Source: an uncultured delta proteobacterium (GTDB lineage: Bacteria; Desulfobacterota; Desulfobacteria; Desulfobacterales; JAHEIW01). Taken from it: a stretch of DNA of 64,000 bases. This document shows, one piece after another, positions 40,749-50,958 of this stretch. The DNA lies in the NCBI GenBank assembly GCA_963706575.1, contig CAVPNL010000005.1, forward strand, positions 320,001-384,000, read 5' to 3'. The notes beneath the pieces are model-generated. The model saw only the letters and a list, made by a program, of their open reading frames with translations. It was not told the origin of the DNA and ran no database searches. Both the position numbers and the translations under genes were made by a program. Position 1 is the stretch's first letter, and every line of letters begins with the position of its first letter.

Positions 40749-41267
40749 ATGATTCCAAAAATTCGAAGAATTCTTTATGCCACCGATCTTTCCCCCAATT
40801 CTGCTTACGCATTCCAATATGCCATCAATTCTGCGATCAAGCATGACGCCGTCATCATCATCCTGCATGTTTTTGAACCGCTGTCCACTGCTGTTCGCGC
40901 CCAAATGGGACTCTATCTTGATGATGAGCGCAGAAAAAAAATCTTCGACGATCAGGTCAGCTACACCATCGATCGGATAAAAAAACGGTTAAGCACCTTT
41001 TCAGACAAAGAATTAAAAGATTATCCCAAAGCTGAAGATCGTATTGAATCGATTCAAGTCTTTGAGGGCTTTCCAGCTGACGCTATTCTGGAAAAGGCCA
41101 ATGAATTGGAATGTGATGCGATCGTTATGGGAACCCATGGAAAAGGGATTCTTGCAAATACATTTTTGGGAAGTGTCGCCAAACGGGTTCTGCGTCGAAG
41201 CCGCCTACCCGTTTTTATTATACCCCTGCCCAGAGGCGAGACAGACCTAACAGTGCATGATGATTAA
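40749..41267 (+). CDS. Universal stress protein
   Basis: RILYATDLS, IVMGTHGKG....FLGSVAKRVLR. Confidence 0.92.
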   Translation: MIPKIRRILYATDLSPNSAYAFQYAINSAIKHDAVIIILHVFEPLSTAVRAQMGLYLDDERRKKIFDDQVSYTIDRIKKRLSTFSDKELKDYPKAEDRIESIQVFEGFPADAILEKANELECDAIVMGTHGKGILANTFLGSVAKRVLRRSRLPVFIIPLPRGETDLTVHDD

Positions 41268-41306
41268 GTCTTTATTCAATCTCGGGGAAATTTATTGGAG
41301 GTTTAG

Positions 41307-41702
41307 ATGAAGATAGTGGTGGGATATGATGGATCCAATGCTTCCCAAAAAGCACTGATCTTGGCCAAACAACACGCTGCTACCTGGCAAGGAAAAATAG
41401 AAGTCGTCCAGGCAATTGCCCGCAAAGCCCCCCTTTCCTATGACCAGATTGAGAAAGCCGAAAAGCAGTTAGCGCAGCAGATGAAAAGCATATTGGCCGG
41501 CAACAGGATAAGGTTTGAGACAACGCTGCTGGTCGGGGCAAAGGAGCCGGGAGAACAGATCGTCAATTTTGCGGAAAGCATTCATGCTGACGAGATCATC
41601 ATCGGTTCCAGAAAGAGATCTAAAATTGGCAAATTCGTCCTGGGTTCAACAACCCAGGTCGTTGTTCTCAATGCACCCTGCCCGGTTATCTTGGTGAAAT
41701 GA
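41307..41702 (+). CDS. Universal stress protein
   Basis: KIVVGYDGS, IIIGSRKRS....VLGSTTQ.VV..APCPV. Confidence 0.92.
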   Translation: MKIVVGYDGSNASQKALILAKQHAATWQGKIEVVQAIARKAPLSYDQIEKAEKQLAQQMKSILAGNRIRFETTLLVGAKEPGEQIVNFAESIHADEIIIGSRKRSKIGKFVLGSTTQVVVLNAPCPVILVK

Positions 41703-41772
41703 GTACAGACCCGGGGAAAGGTAACCTTGCGGATAGGGTCAACTAAGCTTGCATAGGAGGTAACGCTTTAAA

Positions 41773-42174
41773 ATGAATGTGTTTAGCGCACTAAAGTACA
41801 AGAAAATCCTGCTCATAGATGATGATGAGTGGATAAGAGAGGCCATGCGCATATTTTTCGAGACCGAAAACTGCAAGATAACAGCGCTTGAAACAGCCGA
41901 AGAGGCACTCAAAATGCTTCATCAACAGGATTATGACATTGTCATTTGCGATTATAAATTGCCGGGCCTGAGCGGGTTGACTTTTCTAAAAGAAGTGCGG
42001 CAGACGCAGTCGGATGCGTTAACCATACTGATAACTGCTTACAAAACGAACGATCTGGTGTCAGAGGCCAAAAAGATCGGTATTCATGGGTTCATTGCTA
42101 AACCCTTCACCTCAGAAACAATTGAAGCCGCTTTAAGTCATCTAATTGCCAGGCAGAAATATGGCAACCAATGA
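41773..42174 (+). CDS. Single-domain response regulator
   Basis: LIDDD, ICDYKLP, ITAY, AKPF. Confidence 0.9.
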   Translation: MNVFSALKYKKILLIDDDEWIREAMRIFFETENCKITALETAEEALKMLHQQDYDIVICDYKLPGLSGLTFLKEVRQTQSDALTILITAYKTNDLVSEAKKIGIHGFIAKPFTSETIEAALSHLIARQKYGNQ

Positions 42175-42273
42175 AATGAAGGCGCATTAATATCGCAGTT
42201 CAGATTGCCGGGAGCAAAATTTTACAAATCGAATTCGATTCATCTATCCACCGCAACCATTAAGGGTGTAAAA

Positions 42274-42519
42274 ATGAATGAAAAACAATCGATATGGATT
42301 TGCACAAACTGCGGATATTCCTCCTCGAAACCGTTTGAGGCGCATATTTGCCCGAAGTGCCATTTCACCTTCTGGAAATGTATGTATTGTGCTTACGCGC
42401 TTATTTCGGCAAGCCCTCCTGAAACCTGCCCGGAATGTAACACACAGGTAAAATTTCAAAACATTACCTGTTACATACCGGATTGGGATGACCACGAGTA
42501 CGTGAACAGCGAAAGTTAG
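42274..42519 (+). CDS. Small protein with two rubredoxin-like/zinc-ribbon repeats
   Basis: WICTNCGY...CPKC and WKCMYCAY...PPETCPEC...TCYIP. Confidence 0.7.
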   Translation: MNEKQSIWICTNCGYSSSKPFEAHICPKCHFTFWKCMYCAYALISASPPETCPECNTQVKFQNITCYIPDWDDHEYVNSES

Positions 42520-42585
42520 ACGGTTACCAGGAATCCATTTTTTTTGTAATGCGCATTTTTGATACTTATTAGAAGGGCTGTAATT

Positions 42586-42942
42586 ATGACAGTCAAACAA
42601 AATGACACAATGATGATGCATCATACCAAAAGAATCTGTGATCGTTTCGATTGCTGTTTTTCGGTATGTGTTGCGCGTTTCAACGACACGCAATATTTTC
42701 AAGGCAAGATGGCGAACTACAGTCAGAATGGACTGTATTTTGAATCCGAATCAGCGTTTCAGCCGGGAACAAGTATTTTAATCCGAGTCCAAAATAACCT
42801 AAAGGTGGATCGTGCGTTTAGATTCGAAGAAGGATTCAGATCGATGTCCCTCGGAGAAGTAAAATGGTGTAAAAAATTCATCTCAGAAGGTTCCACCTAT
42901 TATGCTGTCGGTGTCCAATATTATGAGCCTGATTATGGGTGA
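42586..42942 (+). CDS. PilZ domain protein
   Basis: RxxxR (RICDR) and NxSxxG (NYSQNG), GEVKWC. Confidence 0.75.
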   Translation: MTVKQNDTMMMHHTKRICDRFDCCFSVCVARFNDTQYFQGKMANYSQNGLYFESESAFQPGTSILIRVQNNLKVDRAFRFEEGFRSMSLGEVKWCKKFISEGSTYYAVGVQYYEPDYG

Positions 42943-42987
42943 AACTGCCCAGCGCTTATTGGTTTCACCTATCGAAAGGGGTCTGTC

Positions 42988-43938
42988 ATGTCCAGATCTT
43001 CAGCCCATCCCCGCATTCTTTTCGTAACGCCGGAAAATATTTTTTCCCCTGCTGGTTCCGAAAAGAATACGGATTATATGCCCTCACAATCAAATGGCTT
43101 TGCCGAATTCCTGGCGGATCTGATCGGCGATCTGTTTGAACGGGGTGCTGATGTGCACATAACGCAGCCCGATTATCGCAGCGTTTTTGCAGACATCTTC
43201 GACATCAACCCCATAATGGGCGCTCGAAAGATTCCGCAGACCCGGGTACATCTGACTGAAGACCGGACGTTTTATTACACCAATTGTCCGGAATCCAATC
43301 GCCAGTGGGAAAATATCAGAATTTCTCTGGCCTTCCAGCGCGAAGTCATCAATCGCATCCTGCCCCTGGTACAGCCGAATTTAATCCACTGCCACGGTTG
43401 GATGACCGGCTTGATTCCAGCGATGGCCAGGAGGCTGGAGATTCCCTGTATTTTTACCTTTCAGAACCTTGAAACCTGCAAAATCCCTTTATCAGAAATC
43501 GAAGACCGAGGAATTGATGCCGCCTCTTTTTGGCACCACCTGTTTTATTATCGCTTTCCGGCAAATTACGAGGAAACCCGGGAGACCAATCCGGCCGATT
43601 TTCTTTTAAGCGGAATCTTTGCGGCTGATTACACCAGCGTCGCCGGTCCTGTTCTTCTGGTAAAAATCGGCGAAAGCCTCATTCGGTTTCCCGAGGCACC
43701 GTTGGGAAGGCTGCTGTCTGAAAAATTGGCATTCGGCTGCAGTGCGGGCGCAGATTATCATGCGGTCAGAATACAATATATTGACCTGTATGAAAGGCTG
43801 CTCAAAAAGCCGGTCATTGAAACGCGGATAAAGAAATCAAGATTAATCGATGCATCGATGCATGCTGGTATCATGTCAAATAAAGCGGACAGCAATTATA
43901 ATTCTGACACCCATCATGCGGTAAGAATGGCCGGTTAA
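42988..43938 (+). CDS. Glycogen/starch-synthase N-terminal-domain protein, degenerate and lacking the C-terminal GT-B domain
   Basis: RILFVTPE, GADVH..PDYR, AFQREVIN, IHCHGWMTGLIP, GIFAAD; only 316 aa. Confidence 0.7.
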   Translation: MSRSSAHPRILFVTPENIFSPAGSEKNTDYMPSQSNGFAEFLADLIGDLFERGADVHITQPDYRSVFADIFDINPIMGARKIPQTRVHLTEDRTFYYTNCPESNRQWENIRISLAFQREVINRILPLVQPNLIHCHGWMTGLIPAMARRLEIPCIFTFQNLETCKIPLSEIEDRGIDAASFWHHLFYYRFPANYEETRETNPADFLLSGIFAADYTSVAGPVLLVKIGESLIRFPEAPLGRLLSEKLAFGCSAGADYHAVRIQYIDLYERLLKKPVIETRIKKSRLIDASMHAGIMSNKADSNYNSDTHHAVRMAG

Positions 43939-44020
43939 TCTGATTTCAATTATCGGTGGTGTTCTGCAAATTCAAAAAATGAACTCCCTCTATTCTGCTC
44001 TTATTCTACCGCTTGTTTTT

Positions 44021-44059
44021 TCTCAATTTTCCGAAATTGTTTTTTGAAATTTCTCTAAA
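44021..44059 (+). promoter_or_regulatory. Enhancer, copy 3 (degenerate)
   Basis: TCTCAATTTTCCGAAATTGTTTTTTGAAATTTCTCTAAA, 85 nt from its promoter. Confidence 0.6.
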
Positions 44060-44144
44060 TCCAGCGGATCATAATAATTTTCTGTTTAAGCCCCGTTAAG
44101 GCTAAGTTACTGAATTTAAATTGATTATTATATCTACTATAAAA

Positions 44145-44160
44145 TGGCATATTTCCTGCT
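44145..44160 (+). promoter_or_regulatory. Sigma-54 promoter
   Basis: TGGCATATTTCCTGCT. Confidence 0.75.
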
Positions 44161-44270
44161 ACCTGTTTAATTAAACACGAACCATATCCGCAAAAAGGAT
44201 TCTTTTTGATTTAAGTGCCCACAGTCGGTTGCGGTGCCAACAATGACTAGTGTTTGAAAGGAGGTCAACC

Positions 44271-44579
44271 ATGAAAGAAACACATTTGGATATTCTCATG
44301 CAGAAAAAAATACCCAGAGTCGGGCAAACCGTCCGTAGCAAAACGCACGCAACCCTGTGGCGGGTAATCGAGAAAAAGGAAGTCTGGCAAAATACTTCAG
44401 ATGATCCGAAGACTGGAGCGCCGCGTTTAATACCTGCTATTCAACTGACGTATTGGAAGATTAGAAAAGGCGGTCAGCAAGGAATCGGTAAAATGTTGGG
44501 CTATGCCTATACCCTTCATGATAATACGTTTGAAGCCAATTGGGATATCGTTGAAGACGAAAAAGGAGGTGAGCGATGA
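44271..44579 (+). CDS. Hypothetical protein
   Basis: AGGAGG RBS; overlaps the next start (ATGA); no family recognised. Confidence 0.7.
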   Translation: MKETHLDILMQKKIPRVGQTVRSKTHATLWRVIEKKEVWQNTSDDPKTGAPRLIPAIQLTYWKIRKGGQQGIGKMLGYAYTLHDNTFEANWDIVEDEKGGER

Positions 44580-45358
44580 CAATCGACAGGAAAAAGATAA
44601 AATACGTACCCGGAACTTATGCGCGTCAAAGGCCGGATGTAGCCCAACTGGCCGAAGAGCATATTCGAAGCTGGGTAAAAAAGCAGCTGAAAGGTATGCC
44701 GACCCAGATTGAGGTCGCGCAAATTCGACCGGCCATTTGTTTTTCCCGCAAAATCGGAGTCGGCGCTCTGCAGATTGCCGATCTGCTGGCAGAAAAACTC
44801 GATTATCGTGTCGCAGACAGAGTACTGCTCGATTATATGGCCAAAAATAAAAAGTTAAGCAAACAGACCATTGAGTTCTTCGATGAACGTTACCCGGGTA
44901 AAATGTCGGAGCTGGCATCGATGCTTTTTGGCGAAAGGTCATTTATCTTGAGCGATTATATTCAAAATTTTATCAGTGCCACCTACGCATTCGCCGACAT
45001 GGGTTCGATCGTTTTTGTTGGAAGGGGCATCCATCTCTTTTTACCAAGAGACAGGGTGCTGGCCGTGCGCATCATTTGCTCTGATCTTAAGCGGATCAGC
45101 CGTCTGCGCAAAATTTTAGATGTTCAAGAAAAAGAAGCCAAAAGCATCATCCGCCAGGTCGATAAAGAGCAACGGGAATTTTTTAAAAAAGCATATGGTA
45201 AAAATGAGGCTTCACCTTCCGAGTTCGACATGGTGATTAATCGCGATTTTATCGATAATCCGCCAAGCGTGGCGGAAATCGTTGCCAGGGCCTATTTCGA
45301 GAAATTTGCGACGGAGTTGGTTGAAAAAAAAAGTCGTTCATATGCCGGAGGCGGATAA
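44576..45358 (+). CDS. Cytidylate-kinase-like family protein
   Basis: ICFSRKIGVG, VFVGRG, VRII, D..QR.F...AYG......FDMVIN. Confidence 0.85.
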   Translation: MTIDRKKIKYVPGTYARQRPDVAQLAEEHIRSWVKKQLKGMPTQIEVAQIRPAICFSRKIGVGALQIADLLAEKLDYRVADRVLLDYMAKNKKLSKQTIEFFDERYPGKMSELASMLFGERSFILSDYIQNFISATYAFADMGSIVFVGRGIHLFLPRDRVLAVRIICSDLKRISRLRKILDVQEKEAKSIIRQVDKEQREFFKKAYGKNEASPSEFDMVINRDFIDNPPSVAEIVARAYFEKFATELVEKKSRSYAGGG

Positions 45359-45465
45359 GAAAAATCAGCGAAGTCTTTGCCGAGGCATTTTTGATCGGCG
45401 AAGGAGTGATGACTAAATGGATATGACGGTGCCCGGTAAGCGCAGGGATTTATCGTAAATACCTG

Positions 45466-46275
45466 TTGGCTCTTTTATGCCTGCTGGCGGCTGTTCTTAT
45501 CGGTTTGATTCGCTTTCTTACCGGGCCGGAATTTGCCCTATCGCTTTTCTATATCTTGCCGATAGCGCTGGCGACCTGGTATGCCGGCAGATGGTCCGGC
45601 ATTACGGTTTCGCTGGCAAGTGCGATTTCCTGGCTGATTGCCGATTTGAACATGGTGACAACCTTTTCAAGCGCTTTGGTTCCGTATTTGAACGAAACCT
45701 TTCGGCTCACCGTATTTTTAATCATCACGTTTATCCTCGCAAAGTTAAAAACGGCCATTGATAACCATAAAGCTCTCGCCAGAACCGATCCGCTGACCGC
45801 AATACCCAACAGGCGCGCTTTTTACGATCTGGCAGAAATGGAGCTGAATAAAGCCCGTCGCTACCAAAAATCGCTATCGGTTTTATATCTGGACGTTGAC
45901 GATTTCAAACAGATCAACGACCGTCTGGGGCATCATATCGGCGACGCACTTTTGTGTTCTGCAGCCAAAATGATAAAAAGAAATATCCGTGCAATTGACA
46001 TCATTGCGCGATTCGGGGGCGATGAATTCGTTATTTTACTGGCAGAGACCGGCACCGAGTCTGTCGCCCTGGTGGCCCGGAAACTAAAAGACAAACTTTT
46101 AAACCTGATGCAAAATAATAACTGGCCGGTAACTTTCAGTATCGGTGCGGTCACATTTGAAAACCCGCCTGAAAGCGTCGAGCAGGTGATAAATGCCGCT
46201 GACCTGCAAATGTATAAAGCCAAAAAGAATGGAAAAAACAGGATTCATTATAAAGTAATCGAAACCAGGCGATAG
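45466..46275 (+). CDS. Membrane-bound diguanylate cyclase
   Basis: N-terminal TMs, D.LT..PNRR, DDFKQINDRLGH..GD, I-site RAID, RFGGDEF; start uncertain. Confidence 0.9.
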   Translation: MALLCLLAAVLIGLIRFLTGPEFALSLFYILPIALATWYAGRWSGITVSLASAISWLIADLNMVTTFSSALVPYLNETFRLTVFLIITFILAKLKTAIDNHKALARTDPLTAIPNRRAFYDLAEMELNKARRYQKSLSVLYLDVDDFKQINDRLGHHIGDALLCSAAKMIKRNIRAIDIIARFGGDEFVILLAETGTESVALVARKLKDKLLNLMQNNNWPVTFSIGAVTFENPPESVEQVINAADLQMYKAKKNGKNRIHYKVIETRR

Positions 46276-46498
46276 CTCTGACCCTTTTGCCCGCAGACAT
46301 CAAGACTGCAGGCATATAAGCCCTTAACACTTAACACCTTGAGGGGCCGGCCCTTGCCGTGCCTGTCTCCTGAAGCAGCCATTGTTTTGTGGACCTGCCT
46401 TGTAATCTGCTGCAGTTATTTTAATCCTTACATCGCCTTGTGCCGTGCTCAAAAGCGATATACTTCTTGGCGCTGCCATATTTTTCTTCAGTTTTTTT

Positions 46499-46536
46499 TC
46501 GAATATTTGCGAAAAGAATTTCGAATTTTTTCTAAA
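46499..46536 (+). promoter_or_regulatory. 38-bp enhancer, copy 4
   Basis: TCGAATATTTGCGAAAAGAATTTCGAATTTTTTCTAAA, 83 nt from its promoter. Confidence 0.8.
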
Positions 46537-46619
46537 ACCGCGGATCGCGTCGATCGGACGGCTGATCGCGTATGTGGTAACTATCAGGATTAATATGAAA
46601 AGTCTGAGATGAGACCGTC

Positions 46620-46635
46620 TGGCATACTAACTGCT
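46620..46635 (+). promoter_or_regulatory. Sigma-54 promoter of the usp-ech operon
   Basis: TGGCATACTAACTGCT. Confidence 0.75.
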
Positions 46636-46690
46636 ATAGGGATAGGGGCTAATACGGTTCAATTTTAAAACACCAAATTGAGGTTAGCAG

Positions 46691-47626
46691 ATGCAAAAAA
46701 AAGCGAAAATTTTGTTGGCTGTAGATGGGTCTGATGCATCTCTAAATGCCGTGCGCCATGTCGGTAAGGTATTTTCTAAACAGCGGAAAATTGTACTCTT
46801 GCATGTGTTGTCTGATGTTCCGGAAGCATTTAAAGATTTAAAGGCGGAGCGATCCTTAGATGCGAAAGAATTTCCGCTCGAGACGTGGCAGGCGCATCAA
46901 GGGACAATGATAACCGACTTCATGGAAAAAGCGCGCGCGGTTCTCATCGATGCCGGCTTTGAGCCCAAGGCGGTTGAAGTCAGAGTACAAGACCTGAAAT
47001 CCGGTATTGCCAGAGATATTCACACCGAATCGCTGCGCGATTACGCCGCTCTGGTGGTCGGGCGCACCGGAGTTAGCAAAATTGATGACATCATGATGGG
47101 AAGTGTGGCCGCCAAACTCGTCGAAGTCAGCGCGCGCATTCCGATGATTGTCGTGGGGGCGTATTCGGATTCAAAAAAAATCCTGGTTGCACTGGATGGC
47201 TCCAAAGGATCGATGCAGGCCGTGCGATTTGTCGCTGCGGTCGTCGAACCCGGCACCTGTGAGCTGATGCTGTGCCACGTGGTCAGACCCCTGGATATTC
47301 AAAAATTAAGCTCAAAAGAGCGCTTTGTTGCAAAACATGAAAAACAATGGATTGCTGCCAATCAACGGAAAATCGTGCCGGTCTTTATTGAAGCCAAAAA
47401 ACAATTGATGCAAACGGGGGTTTCTGCGGAGAATTTAGCGACCGAAATTCTGACCTATGAAAAGAGCAGGGCAGCGGCCATTGTAAAGGCTGCCGCCGAC
47501 GGCGGTTATGATACGATTGCGATGGGCAGAAGAGGATTAACGTCAGTTGAGGCGTTTAAGATCGGACGGGTATGCAGAAAAATTTTACATTTCTCATTTC
47601 GTCCTGCTTTGTGGATTGTAAGCTAA
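46691..47626 (+). CDS. Tandem-domain universal stress protein
   Basis: Two repeats: ILLAVDGS...VVGRTG..MGSVA and ILVALDGS...MGRRG. Confidence 0.9.
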   Translation: MQKKAKILLAVDGSDASLNAVRHVGKVFSKQRKIVLLHVLSDVPEAFKDLKAERSLDAKEFPLETWQAHQGTMITDFMEKARAVLIDAGFEPKAVEVRVQDLKSGIARDIHTESLRDYAALVVGRTGVSKIDDIMMGSVAAKLVEVSARIPMIVVGAYSDSKKILVALDGSKGSMQAVRFVAAVVEPGTCELMLCHVVRPLDIQKLSSKERFVAKHEKQWIAANQRKIVPVFIEAKKQLMQTGVSAENLATEILTYEKSRAAAIVKAAADGGYDTIAMGRRGLTSVEAFKIGRVCRKILHFSFRPALWIVS

Positions 47627-47714
47627 GAATCCCATTTGGATCGATTCGAAAATTCCATATCTCTGTTGAACGTGAACCCTATTTGAGTAAGCTGAATTTA
47701 CTATAGCCGTCCAA

Positions 47715-49643
47715 ATGATAGAAAACATTCTTTCAGCAAAAAATCTTTCCGTGCTGCTCATCGTCCTGCCTTTTTGCGGTGCCTGGATGTGTTACTGCAT
47801 CCGCTTCAGCAAAATTCGCATGATTATTATTTTATTAACCGGTTGCCTGCTGATCGCCGCTGCATTTGTCCTCATGGGCCTGTCACCGTTTCATTTTTCA
47901 TTGAAGCCAATTTTCGGTGTGCATTTAAACTTCATGGTCGAGGCTTTGGATTTTCTCCTGCTGGCGGTCATTTTGTATCTGGGGTTCAAGCATCGCAGCT
48001 GGATCGTAAAAGCGCTGGCGCTTTTTCAAATCATTTTTTTGGCCTATTTTGAGTTTTTTCTGGTGAAGGATCGGGTATCTTCCACTGCCTTTTTTTGCGA
48101 CCATTTATCGATTCTGATGATTTTAATCATCTGCCTGGTCGGCGCATTCATCTGTTTTCAGGCGATCGCCTATATGAAAAATCACGAAAATCATTTACAG
48201 CTGACAACCTCGAAACAACACCGGTTTTTTGGTGTTATGATGCTGTTTTTAGGTGCGATGAACGGCCTGGTACTTTCCAATGATATGCGCCTTTTTTACT
48301 TTTTCTTCGAACTGACGACACTTTGCTCCTTTTTTCTTATTGCGCACGATGGAACCGAATTGGCAAAAAACAGTGCCGTGCGGGCGTTATGGATGAACAG
48401 CCTGGGGGGTGCCGCTTTTATCATCGGGCTGATCTTCGTTTATGCGGATACGGGCATGCTGGAGTTGCAACCCATTTTGACTTCCGGAAAACTGGGCAGC
48501 GGTTTGTATTTGTTAGGGGTTGCGCTTCTTTGTTTTGCAGCGTTCACCAAATCCGCTCAGTTTCCGTTTCAGAGCTGGCTGCTGGGTGCGATGGTTGCGC
48601 CCACCCCGGTATCCGCACTATTGCACTCAAGCACCATGGTCAAGGTCGGCGTCTATCTGGTGTTGCGTCTGGCTCCGGCAATGAACGGCACCTTTTTGAG
48701 CCAATGCGTTGCCGTTTTCGGCGGGTTTACATTTCTTTGTGCCGCGGCCTTAGCGGTCGGCCAAAGCAACGGTAAAAAGGTTCTGGCCTATTCGACCATC
48801 AGCAATTTAGGGCTCATTTTTGCCTGCGCCGGCTTGAATACATCGCAAGCCATAATCGCCGGAATGCTTCTAATCGGTTTCCATGCCGTCATCAAAGCGC
48901 TTCTATTTCTCTGTGTGGGTGCGATCGAGCAGCACATTGCCAGCCGCGATATCGAAGACATGCGGGGGCTTTATGCCGATATGCCCTTAACGGCGCTGAT
49001 GACCGTTATGGGTGTCATTATGATGATTATGCCGCCCTTTGGCATACTGCTAAGCAAGTGGATGGCCATGGAGGCTGCCGCCAGCAATCTCTACGTCATT
49101 ATTATGATCGCTCTGGGAAGTGCCCTGACGGTAATGTATTGGGCGCGATGGGCGGGCACTTTGATGAGTGATCCGTTCGCCGGCAGGTTCAAGCCGGAGC
49201 GGCAGCCGTTTTTCACATGGTTAGCCTTGGGCGCGCTGTGCGGGGGAGCAGGCTTGCTGAGCACGACGGCCCCCTGGCTTTATGAGCAGATTGTTCCTGC
49301 TTTAAGCCGGGGTTATGCGCCACCCTACACCTCACATAACGGTATTTTAGAGAATTCCTACGGTGTATTTGCTGTCTTTCCGTTATGTCTCGTCGCCGCC
49401 TTGGGTTTTGTCGTTGCCATTCTGGCGGTAAAGAGAGCTGCCAGGGCTCGAGTGGTCAAGCCCTATCTCAGTGGCGTGCAAACGGCAGAATCCGGGCTGT
49501 TCATCGGTCCCATGAACCAGCTGGTAAAAGCGGAGGCCAAAAACTACTATCTTTCCTCCATATTCGGCGAGAAGAAACTGACGACATGGATAAACCTCGC
49601 TGCCGGAGTGCTGCTCACCCTTATGGCGGGAGGTACCTTATGA
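47715..49643 (+). CDS. echA: Ech hydrogenase antiporter-like subunit A
   Basis: NuoL-like; FELTTLCSF, KSAQFPF..WL..AM.APTPVSALLHSSTMV, LAYSTISNLG. Confidence 0.9.
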   Translation: MIENILSAKNLSVLLIVLPFCGAWMCYCIRFSKIRMIIILLTGCLLIAAAFVLMGLSPFHFSLKPIFGVHLNFMVEALDFLLLAVILYLGFKHRSWIVKALALFQIIFLAYFEFFLVKDRVSSTAFFCDHLSILMILIICLVGAFICFQAIAYMKNHENHLQLTTSKQHRFFGVMMLFLGAMNGLVLSNDMRLFYFFFELTTLCSFFLIAHDGTELAKNSAVRALWMNSLGGAAFIIGLIFVYADTGMLELQPILTSGKLGSGLYLLGVALLCFAAFTKSAQFPFQSWLLGAMVAPTPVSALLHSSTMVKVGVYLVLRLAPAMNGTFLSQCVAVFGGFTFLCAAALAVGQSNGKKVLAYSTISNLGLIFACAGLNTSQAIIAGMLLIGFHAVIKALLFLCVGAIEQHIASRDIEDMRGLYADMPLTALMTVMGVIMMIMPPFGILLSKWMAMEAAASNLYVIIMIALGSALTVMYWARWAGTLMSDPFAGRFKPERQPFFTWLALGALCGGAGLLSTTAPWLYEQIVPALSRGYAPPYTSHNGILENSYGVFAVFPLCLVAALGFVVAILAVKRAARARVVKPYLSGVQTAESGLFIGPMNQLVKAEAKNYYLSSIFGEKKLTTWINLAAGVLLTLMAGGTL

Positions 49644-50491
49644 TCGACACCGCTGTCCTCATCCTGATCGGTCTCGCCATCGGTCCTTTGCTGGGGGGGC
49701 TTGTTAGCGGTCTGGACCGAATATTGACCGCTCGGCTCCAGTCTAGAATCGGTCCGCCACTGTGGCAGCCGTTTTTCGATGTGGTCAAACTCTGGGGCAA
49801 AGAACAAACGGTGGTCAACGTTTGGCAGGCATTTTGCGCCTACTGTTATGTGGCGGCCACCTCCATCGCACTGGTCCTTTTTATCCTGCGGTCGGACCTT
49901 TTACTGATCTTATTCATCCAGGCCGTAGGAGCGGTCTTTCTGGTCGTTGGCGCCTTGTCATCCACATCGCCGTTTAGCCAGGTGGGTGCCCATCGCGAGC
50001 TTTTACAGATGCTATCCTACGAGCCCCTTCTGATTCTTGTGACCGTAGGCGTTTTTCTTGAAACCGGCAGCTTTAAAATCGAAAGAATCTACAGCTGGAA
50101 TGAACCGCTGCTCATGAAGCTGCCGTTTCTATTCGTGGTTCTCGGATACGCACTGACCGTCAAACTACGCAAATCACCGTTTGACCTGTCCACTTCGCAT
50201 CACGCCCACCAGGAGCTGGTTAAGGGGCTGCTCACCGATTATTCCGGACCGATACTGGCCCTTAGCGAGATCGGCCACTGGTATGAGGTGGTGCTTCTGC
50301 TGGGCCTTTGTTCCCTGTTTTGGGCAACCAGCTGGATCGGAATGCTCGTCATTGTGGTCGTGACATATTTCCTTGAAGTCTTGATCGATAATGTTTCGGC
50401 TCGCCTGAACTGGCGCTGGATGCTGGGATATGTATGGGCCATGGGTCTGACCCTGTCTTTGGTGAATCTTATCTGGTTGTATGTTGGCTAA
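49640..50491 (+). CDS. echB: Ech hydrogenase membrane subunit B
   Basis: NuoH-like; DR..TARLQSR.GPP..QPFFDV.KL, KSPFDLSTSHHAHQELVKG. Confidence 0.9.
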   Translation: MIDTAVLILIGLAIGPLLGGLVSGLDRILTARLQSRIGPPLWQPFFDVVKLWGKEQTVVNVWQAFCAYCYVAATSIALVLFILRSDLLLILFIQAVGAVFLVVGALSSTSPFSQVGAHRELLQMLSYEPLLILVTVGVFLETGSFKIERIYSWNEPLLMKLPFLFVVLGYALTVKLRKSPFDLSTSHHAHQELVKGLLTDYSGPILALSEIGHWYEVVLLLGLCSLFWATSWIGMLVIVVVTYFLEVLIDNVSARLNWRWMLGYVWAMGLTLSLVNLIWLYVG

Positions 50492-50502
50492 GAGGCGCGG
50501 GC

Positions 50503-50958
50503 ATGCTTAAAAATCTCATCCAAAAGGCGCGAGTCAAGTCACCCTGGCTGCTGCATTATGACTGCAGCAGCTGCAACGGCTGCGATATCGAAGTTCTGGC
50601 GTGTCTGACACCGGTTTATGATATTGAACGCTTCGGCATCATCAATGTCGGCAATCCCATGCATGCCGATATCCTGCTGGTAACCGGCACGGTTAATCAC
50701 CGCAACCGCAAGGTGTTGCTGAATTTGTTCGACCAGATGCCGGATCCCAAGGTGGTTGTGGCCATCGGATCCTGTGCACTGTCGGGCGGCATTTTTCGCG
50801 AAGCCTATAATGTGGTCGGCGGCGTCGACAGGGTCATACCGGTAAATGTTTATGTTCCCGGTTGCCCGGCCAAACCCGAGGCCATCATCGACGGTGTGGT
50901 CATGGGTCTGGAAACGCTGGGGCAAAAAAAGAAGGAGGGAAAAACCGATGCTGCATGA
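50503..50958 (+). CDS. echC: Ech hydrogenase small subunit C
   Basis: SCNGCDIE, AIGSCA.SGG, YVPGCPAKPEAI. Confidence 0.92.
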   Translation: MLKNLIQKARVKSPWLLHYDCSSCNGCDIEVLACLTPVYDIERFGIINVGNPMHADILLVTGTVNHRNRKVLLNLFDQMPDPKVVVAIGSCALSGGIFREAYNVVGGVDRVIPVNVYVPGCPAKPEAIIDGVVMGLETLGQKKKEGKTDAA

